From NCBI GenBank assembly GCA_964016885.1, contig OZ024740.1, forward strand, positions 373,116,001 through 373,180,000: DNA of 64,000 nt, read 5' to 3'. The notes under the pieces were generated by a model, which saw only the letters and a program-made list of their open reading frames with translations, did not search any database and had not been told where the DNA came from. The translations under genes and the position numbers were made by a program. Source of the DNA: Eledone cirrhosa (lineage: Eukaryota). This document shows, piece by piece, positions 22,865 through 33,271 of the stretch. Each line of letters starts with the position of its first letter. The first letter of the stretch is position 1.

Positions 22865-25800
22865 GTTCTTTGAGTCTCTGTCATTGATGTTATTTAACTG
22901 GAAAGTTTGTTGAAATGGATATCAAGCCGCTACCTGCAGCCTCAGATATTCAGGACGTATCGGAGGGTTCTTGCTGTTCCCAGCAAGCATGCTTTTTGAA
23001 GAGTTCCGAAAAGTGGAGCTAGACTAATCTTCTTTACCCATCCTTCGAAACTCATTGATATAGCATCTAGTGCGCCTATGACAATCGGGACGACCTTGAC
23101 TTCATGGCAGTTCCAAATCCTTTTTTACCTCCCACTTTAAGTCCTTGTATCCATTAATTTTCTCCCTCTCCTTTTCTTGCACTCTCGTGCCAAATGGGCA
23201 GGCTACATCTACAATCAGGCACGATTTTTATCCTTGTCCAAAACCACCAGGTCAGGCCTATTGTGTTCTAATTTCTTGTCCGTCTATATCCTAAAATCCC
23301 ATAGAACCTTCATCTGATCGTTTTCTATCACCGACTCTCGCTTATGTCACACCACTTCTCAGAATGTGGTAAATTGTTTACTTTTCATAGGTGCCAGTGG
23401 ATCACCCTGTCCATCACATCATGTCTCCATCCTTTATAGTGAGTCTGGGCTAGATTTTTAAACTCGGATACAATGTGAGCCACAGTCTCCCCTCTCTCTC
23501 CACAGATCGTACACAGTGGGCTAGCCTGTTCCTTGTAAATATGGTGTTTCACCCTCTTCCTTCTAAGGGCCTGCTCTTGCACAGCTATTAGCATTCCTTC
23601 TGTAGCCTTTTTAAGGTGTCCTCTTTTTAATCAGTTCCATGTCTGTGGATCTCTAAATTCAGTTTTCTCAAAGTAGGTAATATGAAGGGATTTTTTATGA
23701 AGGTTGCTCTTCATCCTTGTTGTTATTTCCTCCTTGGACATCCTCTGGTCTATTGTCTTCTCCTTCAGTGTAATTTTGAGCATTGGCTCCCTACTGTCAG
23801 TCATGTATTTGTGCAGGTTGTTTTTCTCCATCTGAACACAGTTCTCTATGCTGATAAACCTCTTCCACCTTCAGATCTCTTGTGGAACATGTTGTAGATA
23901 GTCAATAGCTTCCTAGTCTTCCTATCCATTTCTTTTTGTTCAGCAACATTCCATTTCAGAATTCCTGCACTTTACCTAATAATAGACACAGCTCGGGATT
24001 CACTGCACTTATGACATTCCTACTATTTAGATGTGATTTTAATACGCTCCTTACTCTCCTAATGTATTCAGATCTTATCAATTCCTTCATTTTTTTGTTC
24101 TTGATGTCATCTGCCCCTAGAACACCTAAATATTTGTATTCTTCTTCAGTGTCAATTTCCTTTATCATCTCACCTGTTGGTGCCTGGATTCCATTGCTTC
24201 TGCTCAATTTACCTCTCTTCATCACTAGGACTCCACACCTATTAATACAAAATTCCATACATATATCATTGCTGAAAATACGGACATTGTCAACAAGTTG
24301 TCCCAAAGAGTTTAAGATGGTCCATGAAGAGGAGGTGGTTGATGGTAAACATCCTTTACCCAACTTGTATCCTGCTCTCTCTTTTCGCAATATAATGGTC
24401 AGGGGTAGCAGGGTAACGACAAACAACAGAGGGGACAAACTATGTCCATGGAAGATACCTCTCTTGATCTTCACGCCTCCCAAGGATTCTCCACTCAATG
24501 TTAACTTTGTTTCCCAGGAATTCAGACTTTTGCTCAACAACTGTCTGATGTTATCTGTCACCTTGAAGATCTCTAGACTTTTGGTTATCCAAGAATGAGG
24601 TACCATGTGGAATGCCTTTTTGTAATCTATCCATCCTATGGCAAGACCAGTGTGTCTCCTCTTTCAATTCCTCATTACCATCTTATCAATAAGTATCTGG
24701 TCTTTTGTACAACGGGACTTCTTTAGGCATCCTTTATGTTCGTCCGTAAACAAGTTGTTTATGTGGAGGTGATGGTAGATTTCCTCAGACACAATGCTTG
24801 TTAACAGTTTCCACATTACGGACAGACATGTGATAGGTATATAGTTGGTAACATCATTATCCTTGATTCGGTCTTTCATTACCAGAACTGTGGTACCTTT
24901 TGTCAACCACTCTGGTACTTCACTCGACATCAAGCAGTCATTGAACATGGTTGTCAGTTTCAGGTGGAGGAATGTTATATTTTTAATCAAATCCCCCTGC
25001 ACACCATCCGGGCCTGGTGATTTCCAGTAGGTTAGTATTTTAGCCTGCCTTTTAAGAATTTCAACTGTGATACTCAAATCAGTTTTTTGGTGTGCTTGTT
25101 CACTAACCTCCTTTTGTACTGTCTCAATCCACACGGCCTGGCTATTATGTTCAACATCCTGCTCCCATATTCCTCTCCAGAATGTCTTAGTCTGTCCCAC
25201 CTCAGGGATCAAGTCGTTGCCTCTTTCTTTTCCTTCAAGCTGTCCAAACACCAGCTTCTGGTTGTTTTCAAACATGCGGTTCTGTCTATATTGACTGACT
25301 CTGCTCTCATACCGCCTAATCTTTGCACTCTTTGCTACAATGCGTTGCTTCAGTTCCTCTATGATAATATTTAGCTTTCCACCCTAGTTTTGTACTTTAT
25401 TTCCAAACTATTTTTAGTGTCTATGTTTTGTAATGTCCCATTTAGTAGGGACTCACGCTTTCCAATGTCATTTCTCATTCCTTGATTTGACCATTCAGTC
25501 GTTTCTTCCACAGAGTTTCTGATCTTTCTTGTTTCTTGTTTCCTCTAGTTTTTAAGACAAGTAGTTTCCTCACCGCATTTGCTGTTGCTTTGATGATATT
25601 GTTGCATTGGTGAAGGTTCCACGCCTCAAGGTATGGGATGGCTTTGTTTACCTTAGCTGCTGTTTCTTTTAACTTTCTCCTGCCTACACATCTTAGGTTC
25701 ATAGGTTTTTCCACTATCATTGTTCATTTCATCTACCACTAAGTTCAGGATATCAACCAAACCTTGTCATAGTCCGTCAGCATTTATTTCTTCAATCGCC

Positions 25801-26100
25801 GTATCTTTGTTCCAGGTGTTATTTATTTAAGCATTCAGATCATTGTCTGCTTCGGATGCTTCCTCAGGTCTCTCAACCTCTTCACCGTCATTTCCCACTG
25901 GCTCGTTTGCCTGGCATACTCCACTCTCCATTTCCAACCTAATCTCTCTGCTCAGTTCCTCCAGTTCCAGCTCGCTTATCCACCCATTAGTTCTTATTAC
26001 CCGAGCCTGCTCGGCCAATTGCTGGTCATCTAATTTAAAGAGACCAATCTCGTTCCAGATGTTATGCATCCGTTTCCTATAGCCTTTTTCCATGGGGTTA
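22865..26100 (-). mobile_element. Degenerate Dong copy 4 (second subfamily)
   Basis: ORF fragments 25827-26114, 25475-25720, 24664-25275, 23956-24606 and 23385-23831 are colinear with copy 1; similar 3' UTR. Confidence 0.93.
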
Positions 26101-26164
26101 TCTTTACCTTTCATCCAGTAATGTACTCGGTAATTGCTGGCCGTGTGCCAAAAGCAGAAACAAT
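26097..26164 (+). mobile_element. Partial, internally deleted SINE fused to the Dong 5' end
   Basis: cctttcatcc core and ggccgtgtgccaaaagcagaaacaatt 3' end. Confidence 0.8.
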
Positions 26165-26182
26165 TATTATTATTATATTAAA

Positions 26183-26364
26183 GGTGGATTGGCAGTATCG
26201 GTAGAGGGTTGGACGCCATGCTTTCCAGCATAGTTACGTCCCTTTACGGTCTGAGTTCAAATCCCGCCGAGGTTGACTTTGCCTTTCATCCTTACGGGGT
26301 CGATAACATAAAGTACCAGTAATGCACTGGGTAATTGCTGGCCTTGTGCCTAAAGTAGAAACAA
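26183..26364 (+). mobile_element. Full-length tRNA-derived SINE
   Basis: A-box about 26190-26201, B-box about 26255-26264, central domain, 3' hairpin ggccttgtgcc, (ATT)n tail. Confidence 0.93.
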
Positions 26365-26389
26365 TTATTATTATAGATATTATTATCTT

Positions 26390-27090
26390 TTGTGTTTGAA
26401 ATGTGAAGACGTATGTGAGTATCACTCCGCAGGTTTTGTTGATTTCCAAGTGTATGCATATTGTATTTATTGTTAAATTTTTCGTACAAATTATTGATAA
26501 TTCACCACACATTTCCCTCGGGTAAGGCGATCCCGAACTTTTAAAAAACAAATATTTAAAACAAATATATAATGCATGGACGGATGACGCCCCCAAAATT
26601 CAGCCAACAGTAATATGACAGCGACCCAAACGTTCATATGAGTAACATCGCCCCTCCCACCACAATTATGAAGACCCACCCCACATTAGGCAATATCGCT
26701 AACAGCAGTAACAACATTAGCAACACCGATTTCTGGCACCTTCACATTCAAAGAGCCCCAAACATTGATGATAGTGCGGATGCCAATAAAATCTTACATA
26801 AACATTTGGGAGTGCTTCCCCGACGACGTCAAGACTCCGAATTTGAAAGCCTAGAGTAGGCTTTTAAAGGGGTTTCGAATGGAAACCCCCCCATCCATGG
26901 AGGTCGAACCACTTGACTTCCACAAGCCCCCGGGAAGAACGTAAAGCTTTCCTATCTCTCATTTATCCTGCCAATATGGCGATACTAAGAGTAGGATGTT
27001 TAAATGTTCTTAGGCTTGGGTCGTCATTGAAGTAGGGTCGCTTGCACAATGCTCTTAGGTAGCTAGATATGGATGTGATTGCCGTCAGAG
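26390..27090 (+). mobile_element. Internally deleted Tx1 relic (5' UTR, ORF1 start, ORF1 end and ORF2 start)
   Basis: From 26976 reads MAILRVGCLNVLGLGSS, matching MAMLRVGCLNARGLGST of copy C; 5' UTR shares cgtat..gtgag..ctccgca..tttgtt with copy A. Confidence 0.75.
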
Positions 27091-27091
27091 C

Positions 27092-27645
27092 TAGTGAAAA
27101 TATATGCTATTTTCTAAAATAAACAGTGACTGGCTGATCAGTCAGATTTGCATATTAGTAGATTCACTGACCAGCCCGATTTGCATATCCACAGACTATC
27201 CAGTCAGTTTCCTGTATACGATCGATAAATGGCCGGCCTTGCCACATTCAAATAAAAAAAAACAATTTCGCTCTACATGGCTGAATACAATAAATGTAAT
27301 CTGGGTTTTTCGAATATTAATGATAACATTCGATTCGTTTGCAATTATGCAAACAAGCCTCATCTTTATAGCCATGTCATTAGAATTAACCCTTTATTCA
27401 GTCAGTGTATGTTTTAGAAAATGGCATATGTTTTCACTAGCTCTGACAGTTGGCTGGTGAACAGTGAGCTTTTCTGATGAAGGGTGATACTCAGACACAT
27501 TAGTATCTGCAGTTCTGTTTACATGCCAACACAAGAGCAAGACAGAAGGGTTCATTCTACTGACATGGCTATAAAAATTGGGCCTGTTTGTATAATTGCA
27601 AACGAATCGAATGTTATTATTAATATTTGAAAAACTCAGATTATA
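27092..27645. mobile_element. Old Penelope-like terminal-repeat remnant with internal inverted duplication
   Basis: About 27297-27400 is inverted at 27540-27645 and recurs at 31495-31610; hammerhead-like ctgatgaaggg at about 27474. Confidence 0.55.
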
Positions 27646-27822
27646 TATATATATATATATATAGATATATATATTTATATATCATAAATCATGTCCTTAG
27701 AATTATTAGATAACATATATACCATTTCTCCCAATTAGTATAATTAACCATATCAAAAATCAATTAGACCAGGCTATAAGAATAAAGGTTCCTATGAAGA
27801 AATATATATATATATATATATA

Positions 27823-28157
27823 TATTAATAAGAGGAATTCCAACTTTGTCTGATTTACTCGTTTTATTTACAATCCTTTAAAATATATATAATGGTATTA
27901 TAATGAAATAGTATGATAGAATATTAAATTCTAAGTGTTAATTGAACAAGTACTTTCATGCTTTCGCAATCTTCAGGTTCATGATATGTGGTGACAGTCG
28001 AGTTTGCAATTTTCAACTGTAATGAGATGGGTAAATTTCCTACCTTTTATACATTTTATACAGAGAAAAGTGGCTCCAGAATGCAAAGCCCTGTAAACTG
28101 TATTACGACCAATCAGTGTGTAGTTTCACTGAATTACTACAGCTGATTGGTTTAAGC
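27823..28157 (-). repeat. Inverted pseudo-LTR (reverse complement of about 31079-31414)
   Basis: Base-by-base complementarity; no mismatch seen by eye. Confidence 0.95.
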
Positions 28158-28189
28158 TTTTTCTACAAAAACACCCTATCGCACACAAC

Positions 28190-28645
28190 ATGAACAAAAA
28201 GCACAAACACGATAGGTATTCCTTTGACCAGACCATGAGAAGTAGTAAAACCAGGAGATCATTCTCAATATCTCAACAGAGACTACCAACAAGGAATGTG
28301 GAAACAAAACGTAGAATAACCAGATCACTCTCAAGATCTCAACAGAGATTGCCCACAAGAAACTGGACGAAAAAACGATCTAAACCTGAAAGCAAACCTA
28401 GGTCATTTTCCCAGATTGTTAAAAATAATGCTAACAGGAAGAAAAATAATATACAGAATACCAAAAATAGGACAAAATACATAACGAAACCAAATATAAT
28501 ATCACGACCAAAAGTTCATCAAGCGAACACCAACAGGAATATAAATCCTGAACAGAGAAAAATTCATTTTTTAACGTCAGGACAACAAAAACCGGAAAAA
28601 GAAAAACTCCAGGAGGAAACATACCCAAAACAGCTGTACACGTAG
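28190..28645 (+). CDS. Basic upstream ORF of the Penelope element (5'-truncated) with two S.SQQRLPTR repeats
   Basis: Frame is open back to the inversion junction and overlaps the RT frame, which lies in -1. Confidence 0.55.
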   Translation: MNKKHKHDRYSFDQTMRSSKTRRSFSISQQRLPTRNVETKRRITRSLSRSQQRLPTRNWTKKRSKPESKPRSFSQIVKNNANRKKNNIQNTKNRTKYITKPNIISRPKVHQANTNRNINPEQRKIHFLTSGQQKPEKEKLQEETYPKQLYT

Positions 28646-28692
28646 ATCCTAAAATAATTAATTTATCTAAAAGAGATCTTGACAATGATGAA

Positions 28693-30879
28693 ATGCAAAT
28701 TCTGTCAAAAGGACTGAAATTCACACCGACTCCAACAGTCAACCACCAAGAACTGAAGGAGGATACCCAAGAATTCTGTCGAAAATTACGTCTTGTAGAA
28801 TTCTTCGCTGATAAAAATAATGAGAGTGATGAATCACTAGTAAAGAATAAATCAAATTTCACTCCGCCAAAAGGAAGAAATATCTATCTCGACCAATACA
28901 TTGACATCCTGTCTAAATTTCCTCTTAGACATAATACTAATGTTAGGCCAAACATTAACAAATCAGAAATGTCTGCACTTAAACGTATACAAAATGATAA
29001 AACAATAATAATTAAACAAGCAGATAAAGGGGGTGCAGTTGTTATAATGGATACTGAATACTACAAGGATTTGGTTGAGGAACAACTGAAAGACACAACA
29101 TTCTATCATGAAATACCGTCAAATATAGACCACAACATCATGAAGAAGATCAACAACCTGGCTTCAAAATACCACAACTCATTTACTGATAAGGAAAGAG
29201 ACTACATCACCAATTTTGAGCCGAAACCCAGCAACCTGTATGGCCTACCGAAAGTTCACAAGTCAAAAGAAATACAACTGGCAGTAAGAGAACAAAACAG
29301 TGAGTACATTAAATTATTACACCCAAAAGACTTAAAACTTAGACCTATTATAGCTGGTCCAACATGCCCCACTCACCGTCTAAGCAATTTTGTTGACATT
29401 ATTTTGAAACCACTATGTATTCACATACCCAGTTTCATCCGGGATGATATCGACTTCCTGTCCCATCTTCCCAAAACCACGGAAACGAATTCACTTCTAC
29501 TCAGTTTTGATGTGGTAAGCCTTTACACCAACATTACACATGATTTAGGAATAAAGGCGATTAAATACTGGGTGGAAAAACATAGAGAAGTGATTCCCAT
29601 TAGATTCACAGCGCCATTTATATTAGACGCAGTTAAACTTATTCTGGAAAACAACACTTTCTTCTTCAATGGAAAGAATTACATCCAAATTAGAGGCACA
29701 GCGATGGGAACGAAGTTTGCTCCCGTTTACGCGAACTCTGTAATGGGATACTTAGAACAACAACTCTACCAAGAAATAGAGGAAAAATATAGTACTGACT
29801 TTAGAAAGTACATTGAAAAATCTTGGAAGAGATACCTTGACGACTGTTTCATCATCTGGACAGAATCTTTAGATACTCTGGATGAGTTCAATATCCTCCT
29901 GAATAACCTACACCCATCTCTCCAATTCACAAAAGAGATGAGTAGGACCAAATTACCATTCCTAGATATAATGATAATCAAAAACGACACCACCATTACC
30001 ACGGATATATATTATAAACACACAGACACCCATCAATATCTGAATTTTAAGTCGTGCCATCCACCTCATACAAAACGCAACATCCCATACTGCCTAGCCA
30101 GAAGAATTTGTACCATTGTAGAAGATACGAATACCAGGTACAAACGCCTAACAGAACTAAGAGAATTTTTGCTCAAACAAAAATACCCATCTCTACTTAT
30201 AGAAAATGGCATACAGCGGGCTATAAAAATACCTATACAACAACTTAGAACAACCCAAAGAAGAAGAAACCAAGAACTGGTCATACCATTTATAATGACA
30301 CACAACCCATGTCACCAGAATATCTTCAACACTGCCAAAGCAAACCTACCGATCATTGCTCAAAGTAATGAATTAAAAGGCTTAATCACAGATCGATCTT
30401 TGACTCTTAGTAAAAGACAGCCAAAAAATTTGAAGCAATTGCTAACAAAAGCAAAGTTTGACCTTAACAACAAAGACCAATCATTCACTGTATCTAAATG
30501 CAATGATAATCGATGTGGCACATGTCAATCCATACACGCCGATCAATATATGAAAACAAAAACTGGAAAAATATTCACAAATGCAAATATGAACTGCAAA
30601 AGCAGAAATCTAATTTACTGCATTAAATGCCCGAATTGTGAAGAACTATATGTCGGTCAAACTGGAAATGCACTATCGGAACGTGCACGGGTACACCGTC
30701 AACAAATCAGAGACCCAAATGTCCGTCAGATACCCCTAAGCGGCCACCTGGCAACATGTGGTCAGGGAATATTTATAATATTCCCATTCTACAAATTACA
30801 CAGCCCAAATGAAATCAAGAGAAAAATCAAAGAAAAGAATTTTATTGATAAATTCAAACCCAAGCTAAATGAACAATAA
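28693..30879 (+). CDS. Penelope reverse transcriptase and GIY-YIG endonuclease (frame open from 28552)
   Basis: IINLS..KGLKFTPTP, ADKGGAVV, LPKVHK, RPII, GTAMG, RYLDD, PFLD, CNDNRCGTC linker, LIY..YVGQT, terminal LN. Confidence 0.96.
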   Translation: MQILSKGLKFTPTPTVNHQELKEDTQEFCRKLRLVEFFADKNNESDESLVKNKSNFTPPKGRNIYLDQYIDILSKFPLRHNTNVRPNINKSEMSALKRIQNDKTIIIKQADKGGAVVIMDTEYYKDLVEEQLKDTTFYHEIPSNIDHNIMKKINNLASKYHNSFTDKERDYITNFEPKPSNLYGLPKVHKSKEIQLAVREQNSEYIKLLHPKDLKLRPIIAGPTCPTHRLSNFVDIILKPLCIHIPSFIRDDIDFLSHLPKTTETNSLLLSFDVVSLYTNITHDLGIKAIKYWVEKHREVIPIRFTAPFILDAVKLILENNTFFFNGKNYIQIRGTAMGTKFAPVYANSVMGYLEQQLYQEIEEKYSTDFRKYIEKSWKRYLDDCFIIWTESLDTLDEFNILLNNLHPSLQFTKEMSRTKLPFLDIMIIKNDTTITTDIYYKHTDTHQYLNFKSCHPPHTKRNIPYCLARRICTIVEDTNTRYKRLTELREFLLKQKYPSLLIENGIQRAIKIPIQQLRTTQRRRNQELVIPFIMTHNPCHQNIFNTAKANLPIIAQSNELKGLITDRSLTLSKRQPKNLKQLLTKAKFDLNNKDQSFTVSKCNDNRCGTCQSIHADQYMKTKTGKIFTNANMNCKSRNLIYCIKCPNCEELYVGQTGNALSERARVHRQQIRDPNVRQIPLSGHLATCGQGIFIIFPFYKLHSPNEIKRKIKEKNFIDKFKPKLNEQ

Positions 30880-31254
30880 TAACGCCTAGGGGTATTACTT
30901 CTACTACCACTATGACCACGACCACTAACAACAACAACAACAACAATAATAATAATAATAAAAGTGATGTTGATGGTGATGATTAATAGAAAATGCTATT
31001 TTCATCATTTCAAAAAAGCAAAACAATTGATACGTTGGATATGACTATTGGTCGTTAGCATGCTCAACCAGCCGTGACGCTTAAACCAATCAGCTGTAGT
31101 AATTCAGTGAAACTACACACTGATTGGTCGTAATACAGTTTACAGGGCTTTGCATTCTGGAGCCACTTTTCTCTGTATAAAATGTATAAAAGGTAGGAAA
31201 TTTACCCATCTCATTACAGTTGAAAATTGCAAACTCGACTGTCACCACATATCA

Positions 31255-31293
31255 TGAACCTGAAGATTGCGAAAGCATGAAAGTACTTGTTCA
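31255..31293 (+). ncRNA. Minimal type I hammerhead ribozyme (inverted copy at 27943-27981 on minus)
   Basis: UGAAC / CUGAAGA / U-UGC-GAAA-GCA-U / GAAA / GUAC-UU / GUUCA; stem I pairs fully and stem III region AAGUACUU is palindromic. Confidence 0.8.
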
Positions 31294-32814
31294 ATTAACA
31301 CTTAGAATTTAATATTCTATCATACTATTTCATTATAATACCATTATATATATTTTAAAGGATTGTAAATAAAACGAGTAAATCAGACAAAGTTGGAATT
31401 CCTCTTATTAATATAATCTTCTATACACAATCATACACACCCGTGTATATTTACCTATCTATATCTATATATATATATATATATATACATTTCAATATAA
31501 TCTGAATTTTTCGAATATTAATAATAATATTCGCTTCGTTTGCAATTATGCAAACAAGCCTCATTTTAAAAGACATGTCAGTAGAATTAGCCCCTCATTC
31601 GTGCTCTTGTTTTCAAACTTTTTTCTCATCTGTAATTATGTGCTAATCAATCAACTACCTTATATAATATATCAATTTTTCCTAGTATAATTTTCACTTG
31701 TATCTGAGAAAAGGCAAGAGAACTCTGATGTCTCGTTGATTGACGTTAATTCGTGATGTTACTCGTTAGTTTATTACATATAATAATATAATGTTGATGT
31801 TTGAGAATGGTCCATCAACTCATTAATTTACTGGAATCTCAGCAAAATTTAACATATGAAAAGTAAAGGAAATGAATCGAAAATATATTAAATATTATTC
31901 AATTAACGTCACTTAAATGCAAGCATACGTATATATACATAAACTACTTGACTTTGTCTTTGTGTAAATACTTCGAGCATTCAATATCATATTTTACCGA
32001 GGTCAAGTGTTCTAAATATATATAATACATTTCGTATGTGGAGATCTTTCTTATTATGTAATAACTTATATCTTCTATTTCAGAAGAGTTGTGTACAGTA
32101 AGTAACCTAGATATGTTTGAATAGACATAATCCGAGTGTGAATTCTTTAGAAAAAATAGTTTAGTTCAAATTCTCTCAGTTTTTTTTCACTAAATGTGTT
32201 ACCATTGCATCCTGAAGAATTTTTCTTTGACGTGCACTAACTCCTCTATCCATATCAATTCATCATTTAACGTTATCAAATCTACTGAAAATGTTTAAGA
32301 CTAATATCATTGTCAGTTAACGTGACTGTTATGTAACCTGAATAACAAATCAGATTCTAAACTTCCCTTTTGACAATTGTCACTTCACAGAAAAAGACAT
32401 CACAGACACACAATTAAGAATAAATATATGTAATAAAGCGACTACAGAATTAACACAAAACTGGATATATACATGCATTTGAAAGTGGTTTTGCTATTTC
32501 TTGGTGAGTCTGTTTTTTTTTTCCTCGTTATTTGCACAGAACAATTCAGGAGCTCAACATTAATCTATATACATTTTATACATTCTCATTAAAAATTATT
32601 TTCGGAGAAGACATATTGTTTTCATTGCTATCGATATATGTAATCGTTACTTACTTTCAACCAAGTATATATTTACTTACGTTGTTTCTTTTTTAATGTA
32701 TATATCTGTCATACGGCTTCTTCGTATATCAAAGTAGTCCAATGATTAATAGTAGATTTAATAATTAGCTTATTTGTTATTACATTATCTGATCAATACT
32801 TTGGTATCTATAAA

Positions 32815-33008
<194 letters not shown>

Positions 33009-33271
33009 TATTTCTTTTATTTGCCACTAGGGCATCAAAAGTGGGACAAGTACAAAGGGGGGAGTTTACACAAAAAGGCGTCCTCAATAAGGAGGAGGCA
33101 ATAACAAAATATAAAAATAAAATAAGATATAACAAAAAATAAAATTTTTAACAAAATCCTCAATAGAGAGGAGGCGCCTTGGGGGTCGCACACACACCCG
33201 AAAAAAGTGTGCAACCCTTCTCCTCAGGAGCACAGAGAAGGGGTGCTCCCTTGGTCTTTCATCTTCCTCAC

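Larger units (their letters stand above)
27822..31460 (+). mobile_element. Penelope-like element (Neptune-like), 5'-truncated with inverted pseudo-LTR
   Basis: Intact RT plus GIY-YIG ORF, apparently perfect inverted terminal repeat of about 335 bp, hammerhead motif, (TA)n flanks. Confidence 0.95.

Noticed and set aside
26183-26270. tRNA gene
   Set aside because: A and B boxes are present but the cloverleaf is interrupted and continues into a multicopy SINE body and tail.
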